Shown: positions 1-12,072, counted from the first letter of the stretch. The stretch: DNA of 64,000 nt from Epiperipatus broadwayi (GCA_028023455.1 JAQFVV010000009.1:3534001-3598000), one strand, 5' to 3'. Program-made: numbers and translations. The notes: generated by a model not told the origin, from the sequence alone.

Positions 1-357
1 TAATAAATCCCAATCAAGTATTGTTCTATTCATCTCCTCAGACTAATTTCTAGCTTATACTTCTCTCCTTTTTTCTTTTTTTGGGATATAATTACACTTT
101 TTCTATAAAAATCATCATTTACTCATTTTTTATTATCAGCCTGAAATTCAAAATAAACTTAATGTTTTGAATTTATACCAACTTGCTTACCTAGTTATAT
201 AAATCTAATACTAGTTTACCATATTTATTCAGTAGATTGAATATTTACTATAGTAAATATAGGGATTTGAACTTAGAATTTTTAGTCTATATTCATTCTC
301 CACTTCATTTTAAACAACCAATACACATGACCACACAATATAAGAAAGATAAATGAT

Positions 358-402
358 CCCAATATATGCATTTCATGCAGAACCAGTACTCATCACTTAG
401 GC
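358..402 (-). ncRNA. Degenerate minimal type I hammerhead ribozyme (left arm)
   Basis: The minus strand reads CCTAA GTGATGA GTAC tggttct GCAT GAAA TGCA TA TATTGGG. This is a CUGANGA-like core, stem II, GAAA, a palindromic stem III (ATGCAT, probably from ACGCGT by CpG decay) and stem I CC(C/T)AA/TTGGG. Confidence 0.55.
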
Positions 403-956
403 CAGATCATAATCTCCCACACATATATACAATTAGTGCTCAACTTATATTAAGATAGCAATTTCTTAAACTTTAATGGACAGGCTTCAATTTTCTCACC
501 TCTCCAACAATTCAACCATTCATTTCATTGAAAAACCAGTGATGGAATGCTTGAAGTCCTCAATGGATTTAAATATTGTAGTCATAATCTAATCCTCATA
601 TTATTAGAGCATTACTTATCCATTTATATTAATAGGAAAGAAATGGGCTGTACTTATATTATGATATAGTTTATTACCAAGGTAATATGTATAAGTCCAG
701 CCCATTCCTCTTCTATTAATATAAATATATACATAATAGTTCAATATATATTAAAGGTTAATTTGACATAATGTCTACATAGTTATGAATACAATATCAA
801 ATCCACCAAGGGTTTTGAGCATTCCATTGTTTGTTTTTTTAATAAAATGCTTGGTTGAATTGTTGGAGGGGTGAGAAAATTGAAGTCTACCAATTAAAGT
901 TTAACAAATTGTTATCTTAATATAAGCATGTATATAAATGTAGGATATTATGATCT

Positions 957-1002
957 GGTTCAATTGATGAGTGCTGGTTCTGTCAAAATACATTTAATTG
1001 GG
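957..1002 (+). ncRNA. Degenerate minimal type I hammerhead ribozyme (right arm)
   Basis: GGTTCAA TTGATGA GTGC tggttct GTC AAAA TACAT TT AATTGGG. It is homologous to 358-402, and several differences fit CpG decay (CGAAA>CAAAA, ACGCGT>ATACAT). Confidence 0.5.
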
Positions 1003-1321
1003 GATAATTTATCTTATTTGCATGTGTGTGGTTACATGTATCAATTGATTGAGATGGAGCAGAAAATGAATGTAGACTAAAATCTAAATATAAATTGAAA
1101 ATCCTAAGTTTAAATCCCTCTATTTACTAACTCTAGTTTGATAAATATTCCATTATTTATATAGTGCAAGAAAAGTTGTAAAACACATGACCAAAGGAAA
1201 TATTTTTTCTTTATAATATAACACTAGTTTGTTATCTACTGCAGTTTTAGTATCTTCAATTTTTAAAAAACTGTAGATACTTATATTTCTTAGCCAGAAT
1301 TGTTATAATATAAACAAAATA

Positions 1322-1703
1322 TTAAATGATCTCTGCATCCACATTACTTTTAAATAGCAAATTTATTTCTCTTATTTCATTTTTGACATGTTTGCATAAA
1401 GTGGAATAATCAATCAATTCTATATGGAAGAGCTTATTCAATTTCAATCCAGTGTTATTCTGACTATGATTCCAAACTAGTTTCTGACTTATGATTTTTT
1501 TGGATCTGAATTTAGTGCAACCTGGATGGGAGGGCTTAGGTAGCATAAGTTTGCTTCTAAAATTATTCTCTGAGTTAAGACATGTTTGGTCTATTTAAAA
1601 TACATATAAAATAAATCTAATTTGACATAATCAAATAAGTAAAACAAGCAACATTTCCATTCTTACAGTGACAATAATAATAATCTCTGTCAAACCTATT
1701 CAT
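1322..1703 (-). CDS. Candidate two-exon small protein of about 101 aa, unknown function: complement(join(1322..1590,1667..1703))
   Basis: ATG at 1703, donor ACT|GTAAGA at 1666, 76-nt intron, acceptor ttttaaatag| at 1591. The phase matches into ORF 1322..1546, giving MNRFDRDYYYCHYQTCLNSENNFRSKLMLPKPSHPG...AEII*. It lies downstream of the CpG island at 3.4-4.1 kb. No homology recognised. Confidence 0.4.
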
Positions 1704-1977
1704 TTTAAATTGGGAGACATTTTTGCCATGAAATTGAAAATTTTCTTTTTATGTATTTGCAAAGATTTTATTAAATAAACTCTTGAATAAATATTTATTT
1801 AGAAGTTAATATTAAAACATCTAATTTACAAATACATCAAATACAATTTTTCACAATTATTTAAAACAAATATTACTTGATTAATTTAATTATAAAATAT
1901 TTGCCTATTAATTATAAAATATTAGTCATTATATTAGAATATTAATAAAAAATATAAATCCTATTAGTGTATACAAA

Positions 1978-2309
1978 TAATGTTCTACTCAACCTTTTAG
2001 ATACCACATAGTACCCAAAGATTATCAAAATTTCTCAATACCACCACTCTTTATAAAAAAAAACAAACTTGGCACTAAAATAAAATAAAAATAGATAGGT
2101 ATATAAAAATATTTATTTCAGTTTTTTGGTAACCAAAATATAATTATCATAATAAAAGTTAAATATTAAATTCATTTAGAACAAAATATATATTATTAGT
2201 AGTAGTAGTATTTCCAAAATTATTACATAAATGATAATTATCTTGGATAGCACCTATAAATTCATCATATATCATCAGTGGTATGTGTGCTATGGGTTGA
2301 GAATCACTA
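1978..2309. mobile_element. Degenerate hAT (Charlie-like) MITE
   Basis: The ends resemble CAGTGGTTCTCAACC.../...GGTTGAGAACCACTG (left tgttctactcaacctttt, right gggttgagaatcacta). The right flank TTCTAGAA fits the nTCTAGAn target preference of Charlie elements. Confidence 0.5.
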
Positions 2310-2362
2310 TTCTAGAATCATAAATCAATATTTATTATTTTTATCCAGCATATATATATAAC

Positions 2363-2836
2363 ATTTATTTTATAAAGCATAGATAGTTAGTTGAATTAAA
2401 TTGAAAAGCTGCAAACCTTTTGCACTTATTGTACTTATCTGACAGCCAATCAGATGTTATGATGGCTATCTGAATAATAATCAAACCATAAAAACAAGAC
2501 AGAGACTTTTACAAGAAAAAATTGGTTCACCCTCTTCTTTACTTATCTTTCTATTTATCTAAGCCAGTCTGAAGCATTTAGGTTTGAAAGCATGAGGCTT
2601 TAAATATCTTCACCTTTAACTCACTGAGTTTAAATTACAAACATACAGCATGAAATCCTATGATTTACTATGCAGGAGTTTTTAGTTGTTATAAATTGCA
2701 GTAATGTATGTAAATAATATTTATTTTATAAAGCACAGATAGTTAGCTGAAATTAAATTGAAAAGCTGCAAACTTTTTGCGCTTATTGTACTTATCTGAC
2801 AGCCAATCAGATGTTATGATGGCTGTCTGAATAATA
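2363..2836. repeat. Pair of about 117-bp direct repeats (2363-2479 and 2719-2836) around a unique core of about 240 bp
   Basis: Two near-identical copies of ATTTATTTTATAAAGCA...CTGACAGCCAATCAGATGTTATGATGGCT(A/G)TCTGAATAATA with only a handful of differences. Confidence 0.9.
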
Positions 2837-3379
2837 TATATAATCACTACATCTGCTTTTTGTTATTGTCATTATTATTACTACAACTTTTATTATGCTT
2901 ACATTCTTTTTATTAAAATAACATCTACCTATATACACACATCAACTGAATGATTCAATATACACATATAAGATAAAGAATGTTTTTCTATCTGTCATTT
3001 TATAATTCAGAAACTAATATATCTCATTTAATGCAATTTTTTCACATGTAGCACAATTTTTAAACAAGGTTTCAGACTATTTGAATATTTTACTTTATAG
3101 CAGAAACTGTATTAAGGGCAAATATGCATATAAAGTAAACAAGGAATAAAAAATTATAGTATTTTTAATGCAACTTAGACTGTAATGTCATTAATAGGGA
3201 AAAGTATAAAAAAGCTGGCTGATAGTTCAATCAATATCTTAGAAAAACAATATATGTTAGTTATGTTACAAAAACTTTAAATAAAGGTGAGTTGTGATTA
3301 TATACTATTAACCTTTTAACCGCTAATTATATTATTGGTTGTATGAGGTAAAAATCAAATCTTTTAATTGGCCAACTCA

Positions 3380-4060
3380 CAAACTGAAGACAAAGCCTAT
3401 TGTTAAAACATATTCGCCTATAATATTAAATTCAACTCAGATACGTTTATAAAAAGTATATTACTAATTTTTCAGGTTATGAAGAGAATGAAAGTTCTTT
3501 CAAAAATAAATTGCTATTTATTTATTCTAAAATATTCAATTTCGGCAACATAAAAGCTATAATATAAACAAAAAGGTTGACTTTTACGTTATAGAAAAGT
3601 AAATATTTCTTTTAAATATTTCTTTAATATTTTTACTAAAATCTTCAATATTTTTCGAAAATAATTTTGTTTTTTTAGTATATTTTTTAAAAAACTAGTT
3701 TAATTTCTGAAATTATATTTTTTTAATACTTAAAATTGCATTCAAAATGAAAATCTCAGCGTTTTTCTTTATTTTCTTTGATCAGGCGGTTTCTTTGTTC
3801 TTTCCAGCCAATCATAATGTCTTTTTCAGCTGAGAGCTCACTAACAACCAATTACAACCGATGTTCTTTCTTTGTTTAGGTTTAAATGCGTTTTTTTTTA
3901 TTTTTTACTTGTAAAATAAATCGGAAGAGGGCATCATCTTACAGAACTTTTAAAAACCTATTCAAAACCTATCAAACGAATTTTTTAGCATAAGAACTGG
4001 CAGAGTTAGAGTGACGTCAGATGTCTACGAGGAGCCTCGTAGGAGGCGGGGAAAGGGTTA
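3380..4060. promoter_or_regulatory. CpG-retaining promoter-like island, possibly bidirectional
   Basis: Many CpGs in an otherwise CpG-poor window. Contains CCAAT at 3808 and 3848, ETS-like CGGAAG at 3922, a perfect CRE TGACGTCA at 4012-4019 and a GC box GGCGGG at 4045-4050. Confidence 0.7.
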
Positions 4061-4293
4061 ATAATGCTGTATATAGCTGTTTCTGTCAAGTATTCAGAAA
4101 CAAAATCTATAATGCATTACCTTTTTCTTTTAACAAAACATCATATTACCTCAGCTTACATATATTGCTACTCATTTGTAAATTCTTTTATTCTCCCTAT
4201 TCTTTTGCCATCTTGTGTAAATTTTAATAATCAATAGATAACAAATATTAGATAAAATATTCAAGGCCAGTGTTCAAAAAAATCTAAAAAGGT

Positions 4294-4333
4294 CCTCACT
4301 GGCAAAAGCCATAAGCTAGAAACTAGACTGAGA
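4294..4333 (+). ncRNA. Degenerate hammerhead; solo copy of the family forming the 10417-10917 fold-back
   Basis: CCTCA CTGGCAA A AGC cataa GCT A GAAAC TA GAC TGAGA aligns with 10765-10804. Flanking similarity extends over about 4240-4370. Confidence 0.6.
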
Positions 4334-4525
4334 ATATTTGAATAGGACACACTAGGCAAGGATTCAATAAGCACTACTACATAGCAAGATAACAAAAGGG
4401 AAGGGAGAATTAAAAAAGTTACTAATGAATATTCAGTAACAACTTGAAAAAAAAGTTCTTCTTGGATATGGCTGGAAGCACAGAAAAATAAATTAATTTA
4501 TTATCAAATTAAGTTCTTCTTGCAG

Positions 4526-4604
4526 CCATCTCCTGCCATAGCATTTATTTTATTAGAAAATGATGATGACAGTTATGACACAAAATTAAATCCTGAAGGT
4601 CATG
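4526..4604 (+). CDS. Candidate internal exon of an unidentified plus-strand gene
   Basis: Acceptor ttcttcttgcag|, open frame PSPAIAFILLENDDDSYDTKLNPEGH, donor CATG|GTAATT. It lies downstream of the CpG island. Confidence 0.3.
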
Positions 4605-5315
4605 GTAATTTACAAAAAAAAAAAGTTTTTTCAGAAAAACTTATGCAAAGCATGTTTCTATAGATAGTTCTGAATAAAAGTATAAATATGCACTCAATAT
4701 AATTAGGAAAAAAAAATATAGATTTATCTAATCAATATAATATTTTACATTATAAAATTATAAATTTTGTGCTGTTTATTTATTTACAATATTTTATAAG
4801 CTCTTTCTGTATAGAAACTAAAATTTGATTTATAATATAAAATTACAGACATAAGAATAGAGTAAATTAATTTGTGCATATACATATCATTAGCAACCAT
4901 TCTTAAATAATCATGATCATTTTAAGATCAGAAAAAAAAAAGTAAAGACAAAGACCATTCTTTCACATATAAATATGTCTGAGTATATTATATATTGATC
5001 TTTTAGTTTATTTGATTTTTAATTTTTTTAATGAAAGTTTAGCATCTTCATGTGCTCAAAACAATATTGAATCTCAAAAACACACTGTTCTAATGTTTTA
5101 ACTTCTTTAAATTAGCTTTCAGGCATAAGGGATAGAAAACAATTTTAAAAAGATGGGCTTTCTTTTTAATTTCAAAAATATTTATTTTTACTTAATTAAG
5201 CATTTGAAGAAAAATGATAAATACATCACTACAATGATATTTTCAATACTTTCCAAACTTGAAAAAAAAAAAACATTCGCAGATTTGGAATTTCATTAAA
5301 AACTAGAACAAAAAC

Positions 5316-5419
5316 GTCAAGCGTTGGTGGCCTAGTGGTTAGCATAGCTGCCTTCAAGCAGCTGGACCGGGTTCGCTTCCCGGTCAACGCCTTCGACATA
5401 TGAAAAAAAAAAAAAAAAA
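5316..5419 (+). mobile_element. Retroposed tRNA-Gly(TCC)-like mini-SINE / retropseudogene, full length
   Basis: 5321-5390 closely matches eukaryotic tRNA-Gly(TCC) but has a 1-nt deletion in the anticodon loop. GTCAA leader, CTTCGACATATG trailer, poly(A), and TSD AAAAACTAGAACA (5298-5310 and 5415-5427). Confidence 0.9.
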
Positions 5420-5641
5420 CTAGAACAGAAATTTTCAGTAGTTATTTTATAAACAGTGAGTTTTCTTTAAGATTTAGACAATTCATACAATTTACATAAT
5501 CATCAAAATTCATCTTATATCAAGATATAATAATGGCAGTAGATAAATTATAACTTGGAGTTTTTTCAGTGGTTTAATTCAGGAGATCTTGAAATACACT
5601 TGATAGATTTTTAGTCCAATCCATAAAGAAACAAACGCTTA

Positions 5642-5823
5642 TCAATATGAGAAATGATCTGAAAATAATTGAATGCAATGATTACCAGACATAATTAATA
5701 AAGATACAGAAAAACAATTAGTGAGTATATGAAATGACATACTTGAAAGTTTCGATTGCTTTAAACAATCAGCAGTAAGAGTTTTGGTAGTTTTCTCTTC
5801 CATATATACAGGCATAATCTTTA
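5642..5823 (-). CDS. Candidate last two exons of a minus-strand gene (5743-5823 and 5642-5658)
   Basis: Open frame KIMPVYMEEKTTKTLTADCLKQSKLS, donor CAA|GTATGT, 84-nt intron, acceptor attattttcag|, then NHFSY*. No homology recognised. Confidence 0.3.
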
Positions 5824-8800
5824 CTTCAGAAATGAATTTTATAAAAACTAATTTTCAAAATAAACTGATAGATGAATATAGTTCAGCATGTTAGTTTACT
5901 CAAAGTGAATAAATATGATCATGATATAAAATATTAGACATTTAACATCAAAAATTACACGACAATTACCTGATATTATTTTATTATTTTATGTTAAATA
6001 TTACTGTTCTATTTCTGTTAATTTTCTTTACTATTATCACAATAAAAATCATTAAAATTAATACCAATTTTATATTAAAAGTGCATTTTTCAATAAAACA
6101 ATTGTCATTACTCAAAAAATACTACTTTTAAATTTTTAGTCCATTGTCAAAAAAAGTTCTCTATTCCTGTTTTGGTCAATGCTGTCTCACTAACTCACGT
6201 AGTAAAAGTTCATTAGTTTCTTTTATAAATAAATGCTAATAATAAAAATAACACCAGCAATTAGCAGACTGAAATTTTAAAGTTCTGTTGGTGTTTTTTA
6301 AATTAATCTGATTAAATTTGTCTAGTCATTCACCTAGCTAAAAATTGAATTCAATTTTAATTTTAAAAGCTGATAATTTTTGTAGAGGCGTAATCCTTCA
6401 AAGTCTTATCGAAATTTATAATTATGCAGACAACCAGCAGTTTTTATTTAGACTTGATTTAGGTTACTTTTTAAAATAGCTAAATGTAATTGCAATGATT
6501 CCCATAGTAAAATCAATTACTACATTTGTTTTTAGTATTTATTCCTTGTTATGATATATATATATATATAAAGTTTTTTGACACTTCATTATTTATCATA
6601 ATATACAATATGTCCATATCTATGTTGTATAATGTATAGTAATTATGATTAATGGTAATTGATGATCATTCATTAATGAGATTGTTCCCAGCTTTATACT
6701 TCATGAAGCACCTGTTAAAATCTTACTTTAGCACCATGAAACCATTATTTTTCAGTGTTTACTTGATCATGTTTTAATATTGTGGTTTATACTATATGCA
6801 ACAAGTGTAATAGGACTAATAACTTTTGTAGTATTTAAAACTTTTCTAAACTATAGAGTGGTATAGTTAAATTTCTTCAAATGTTTATTACCTTTTTCAA
6901 ATAATGTATATTCTTCTATCTTCTTAGACAGCATTTAAAAAAATTAAATGAACCAAAGCAAAATAATATATTCACCCAGTATAAAAAGGGGAAGGAAGAA
7001 TTTTATTATATATTATAAGCAATCACATGATATGGAAACAGGGTTTCTTGCTTTCAGTTCTCTCATTCTTCTTGGTTTATGTTCTCATTATGAATAATTA
7101 TTAGATACATTGATATAAAGAAAATGAGCATCTATAAATATTTTTATAATAATAATGATTTTTAAATATTTTTAAAAACTTCAATAACTAATTAACTTAT
7201 GTATGGCTTATGTGTGAATTAGAACAACTAAACATTAGTGGAATAAATCAAAATATCAACTAATGTCTTACAATAATTTCCAATTGCCTTAGTAATAAAC
7301 TAGTTATATATTTATATTTTTATGCTAAGGCAACACATCTGGCATTTATCTTTAAATAGCCCAATGTAATGATACCTAGATATTAAAAGCAATTATATTT
7401 AAAAGAGATTAGTAACATAACTATAACAAATCTTATTAATAAACTCCTTTAGCTTACTTTATTATTTCTTCATTCTTTATATTTGTCAAAATTCTATTTT
7501 GATAGCTGCATTGGCATATCATGCAAAGTTCTGTTCTTTTTCTTCTCAAATACATACAAACCAATCATCAGTGTATTTTGTGTAACATTTTTAGATCATC
7601 CACCATTCAGTTTTCCTCATCATTGAGAACATAAAGAATATTTTTTTACAAACACATGACCAGAAAAATGATATACATTAACCAACACCCACTTTTTAAT
7701 TGAGAATTTTTCAAATCTCCTGCCTACTTCACTTTGTTTTTCAACTTAGTAGAATTACAATTTAAAAGTATTTCAAACCTTTTATTTGAAAAAATCTTGT
7801 ACTTCAATTTAGTTTCACCTGGTTGATATAATAGATTTTCTAAGCTCATTTGTTCAACTTGTTGAGACATGATCACTACCAGAAGAATCAAAATCCCTCT
7901 TTTAATTTATTAATCAGAATAATCCTATTACTAAACTTCAAATATTTATTTGATCAAATTTAAAACTAAAAAAAAGCATTTACCTATGCTACATTCTGTG
8001 TTTTATTTTACAGCTGTTTTTTCATTAATTACAGCTTGTGATAAAAAAAAAAAATCTATTTGTTGATACTATTTTACTACGATACTTCAAAGATAAATTT
8101 CACTTCAAACCAAATATTAATAAATGAAATATTCAGTATGATAATATTTACGAGTAGTACTTATATCTTTGAAGATAAAATTTAGAAAAATTTAAAAAAC
8201 TGAATCCAATTATTGCATTAGAAAATGCCCCTAAAGCTATATATGTCATATGATTATATTACTTTGTAATTTTTAACAGATGTTTTTAAATAATTTTATT
8301 CACAAAAAAATAGTCGTACATCAGTTCTTCACTAATATATTTTTGAATAAAAAAAAACAAAAACACCAACTACATTCATTATACTTGATGAACCAGATCA
8401 AAAAATATCTATTATAATATTTTTAAAAAATCAAATAATTTGACTTCTAAATTATCTTTATATGCAGTAAAACAATAAATACTATGCTATTTTTCAAAAA
8501 AATATTGACTCACTGATGCACTATTTAAATTTTTCACTCAAATAACGTGACATTATTCAATAAATAATGTTTCATTCTCTTACTCTTCCACTGCTCAATT
8601 AGCATATCTAAAAACAATTTTAAACACTATTTAAATAAACTTATCCTTGTCAAATTAAAACTAAGATCAACTGATTTTACCAGTTTATCAGGATGCAAAT
8701 AATAATGCTTTTTTTTTTTCAAGTCTTAGCTTATTATAATCTCTGGATGTATTTTCATATAATATTAGATAAAATAAATATGCAAAAGTTTTCCAAATGC

Positions 8801-9015
8801 ATGCAGATTTCCAATTAACTATAGCAAGTTAGACTTACTCAGATTTAAGACCTTATCTCATTTTCATAATTGTTACATCTTTTTGTTCATTTTATCAGTT
8901 CTTCAATCATATTCTACTGAATCTTCTGTTATTGTTGTCATATATCAGTTATACATTTTTTTCTGAATATTTTCCACATCCAATAATCTTTTGAGTGAAC
9001 TCAATCTAATATTAA

Positions 9016-9880
9016 TGTTAAATGTTATTTTTTGCAAATAAAAAAGATGAACCTAGAAAAATTAACCTATGAATATCATTACCTCTTGCTAAATTATAAA
9101 ACTTTTTCACTAATCTATTCCTTCTTCTACATAGCTTGAATTTGTAACTAAAAATATTAAGATCTTTATAATTAATGAATTTAGTCTCAATAGAACAATG
9201 TAACAATGACAATGAAGATCATTTACACTTTTTCAAGTCAAACAAAATACATTTAAGATATGTATTTAACATCCACATTTAAATCCTGAAAAACGTTATT
9301 ATTAGGAAAATACCAAAGTATCAAGTCCACAATGTTATTAACTCCTTCACACTTGAAAGCAAAAATATCATTCAAAAAGTGAATAGATAAGCACATATCA
9401 TTCATCAATAACATAAGATGATTATTATCATCAATATTCTTTAAAAGAGGCATGTCACAATGTTCATGCAATGATAAGATTTCCCCTCTTTATGGCTAAT
9501 TCTTCTTACACTTACCAATAAAAATGGTCTTTATGAAAAAAAACTTTGAATAAATTTTGCATAAATTATTGCTAAGCTTCACTTAAAATCTCAATGTAAG
9601 CTGATACTCCCAAGATAGGCTATGAATATGAAGATCTAAGTGCTCCGAAAACATTAAGCCTTATAATTCTTTTCTAAACTTCACTTTTTTGCATAAAGCG
9701 CAATTTAAAACAATAACAATTAAGTTTTTCCTTGATTTCAATCTGGTTTGAAAAACTTCCTGCCAGGTTTCTTGTCTATGACTCAAATTAGTCTTCAAAT
9801 AGATTTCACATAATTTTACTCCAGTGATGTTCAAATAATATTTTAATTCTTTATTTATTTCTATGAATTGTAAGAAACTA
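9016..9880 (-). pseudogene. Decayed coding relic of unknown origin (gene or transposon)
   Basis: One frame continues from about 9870 to 9253 (INKELKYYLNITGVKLCEIY...; RGEILSLHEHCDMPLL...) broken only by scattered TAA/TAG stops. It then frameshifts into ORF 9018..9212. Confidence 0.3.
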
Positions 9881-10530
9881 AAGTTTTAAAAACAAACCAT
9901 TAAAAATATATCTAGACTTAAAAAAAAAATTTACATTTGCAAAGTTTATGTAAAATAAAGTTTTACTTTAAACAAACAAAGCATTATAATTATATTTACT
10001 AATGACATTAAATTATATCCAATGCTAATTTATATTTGATTAAATGATATTAGCAGTCACAATAAAATAACATTAACTAATCTTAGTAAAATTAATTGGA
10101 TTAATAATATTTTTATATTCTTTTCTTATTTCATTAACTTATTAAATTAATTGATTTACTATAATCTGTGAACACTAACATAATTATCACAACCCAATCA
10201 CAACGATATTATAATTAATAAAATTAGATTGTAACAAATTAGTTTATTTTAGTTTTATCCTAATAGTGAATTATCAATGACATTGATCAAATAATTTATA
10301 TAATTATGCAAAATTATCATAAATTAATATTAATTAGCTAATCTCCGAAAAAAAACATATTACAATAGATCAGCTTTTTTTAAAAAAAATCTCAGAAAAG
10401 TTAAATTAATTAGTTTTTAAAACAGGTAAAACTCTCTATACGTATTGTCACTCAGTGCAAGTCAGAGTAATCAATGAAGGCCAGAAGGCTTGTACGTAAA
10501 ATCCCCATCTAGTGCCTACTCATCCAATAT

Positions 10531-10570
10531 CTCCAGACTATTTTCTGGTTTGTGGTCTTCATCAATGAGG
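10531..10570 (-). ncRNA. Hammerhead-like motif, left arm
   Basis: Minus strand: CCTCA TTGATGA A GAC cacaa ACC A GAAA ATA GTC TGGAG. Confidence 0.55.
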
Positions 10571-10764
10571 AGCCTTGAATCTGAGAGCACTGCACCTAGA
10601 TCTTAGGATCTAATGCAACCCTCCAGCAGCCACCTTTTATCTCTACTTCATCAGTGATTTCAATTTAAGATTCATAGTTTTGTAGTTAAGTAGAGATAAA
10701 AGTAGCTGCTGGAGGAGTGCATTATATCCTAAGATCTAGGTGCAGTGCTCTCAGGTTTAAGGCT

Positions 10765-10804
10765 CCTCATTGACAAAGGCCACAAGCCAGAAACTAGTCT
10801 GAGG
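10765..10804 (+). ncRNA. Minimal type I hammerhead-like motif, right arm
   Basis: Stem I CCTCA/TGAGG, core TTGACAA, stem II GGC-cacaa-GCC, GAAA, palindromic stem III ACTAGT, and GTC cleavage triplet. Confidence 0.7.
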
Positions 10805-12072
10805 ATATTGGATGAGTAGGCACTAGATGGGGATTTTATGCACAAGACTTCTGGCATCCATTGATTACTCTGGCTTGCACTAAGTGGCAATAAGTATAGA
10901 GAGTTTGCCTGTTTTAATAACAGTTATAAGCAAGCATAGGAAATGGCGATCATGTGATGTTTATTGATTAATTAGTTTTTAAAAATAATATATATATATA
11001 AATATATTTTATATATTAGGTAAAATAAAATATATTTTAATTGATAGATTATAATTTTTGCCCAAAAATAAATGTAGATATGTAGGTAAAAAGGTTGTAA
11101 ATAAAGTTATAATGATTACTGGTGATAGTTTGATAGTAAAATAGAAATTATATATATATTAAAAATGCCTTTATTCACATAAATGCACTAAAAAATAAAA
11201 ATAAAAATTCTTAAGCTTTTACAAATAAAAGTATGGGATGATAATGTTTATAAATTATTTCAATGTTACTCTATTCATTAGATCATTTGCAACTAAGGCC
11301 AATTTGGCACTGATGCATGAAAGGGAGAATTAATTCTAAGTGATTTGAGGAATGGACTGGCATTAATACAATTTCTAATTATAATTATCCCACACTCTTA
11401 TTTGTGAAATATGAAGAAATTTGTTTACTTTTAGTGTCTTTAAGGGAATAAAAGCTTTTTTTTTACTTTCATATATGTTTCCAAATTTTATGACTGAAGA
11501 AAATTTAGATAAATTTTACATTTCTAGATGGCAATACTGCAAGGAGTACTGATTCCATATACAACTAAAAATATACATTTTTCATTATGTTTTGCTAAAA
11601 TTGTTTGCAAATTTTATTGTCATCAGGACAATATATGCATGCAAAATTTCAATAAGATCAAAAAATGGGAAAAGGGTAAAAATTAAGTTACACAATTTCT
11701 AAGACAGATGGTTAAAAAAAAGAGTAAGTTAAACAAAAACACAAAAAAGAAAATAAACATGAATTCATTCCCTATTGGATTATGACACATACACATATAA
11801 TCCTAGCTCATAAGAGTTTAATAATTTGCTTATTGACCAATAATCAATGGCTAGCTGAATTACATATGGAACTGCTACTTAAAATTTTTTTTTTATTGTT
11901 CATCCAACTCATCATTATAATCAAACACTATAGACTCAAATTATTTATCCATCATTCACTGATATTCATTTAGTCTTAGTTTTATTAATTTAAAATAAAT
12001 AACAAAGATATTAATTTTGATTAATAGAATATATTAATTACCTTTTGGTTTTAATTAATATTTTTTACTTAC

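Larger units (their letters stand above)
240..1148. mobile_element. Old fold-back element: about 440-bp inverted arms (about 240-678 and 682-1148), each with a degenerate hammerhead core
   Basis: The reverse complement of 682-1148 aligns co-linearly with 240-678, with shared blocks such as CTTCAATTTTCTCACC, CCAACAATTCAACCA and CCAGATCATAAT. Identity is roughly 75-80% by eye and there is almost no spacer. Confidence 0.8.
10417..10917. mobile_element. Fold-back element: about 230-bp inverted arms, about 40-bp spacer, one outward-facing hammerhead per arm
   Basis: 10417-10647 is the reverse complement of 10688-10917 (about 85% by eye). Both outer ends terminate in TTAA. The sequence is GC-richer than its flanks. 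Confidence 0.92.

Noticed and set aside
4021-4227. 68-aa ORF MSTRSLVGGGER as a stand-alone gene
   Set aside because: It overlaps promoter motifs, and the remainder is intron-like AT-rich sequence. The possible donor GG|GTTAAT is weak.
5321-5390. Functional tRNA-Gly gene
   Set aside because: The anticodon loop is one base short, and there is a poly(A) tail and TSD but no T-run terminator. This is a retroposed copy.
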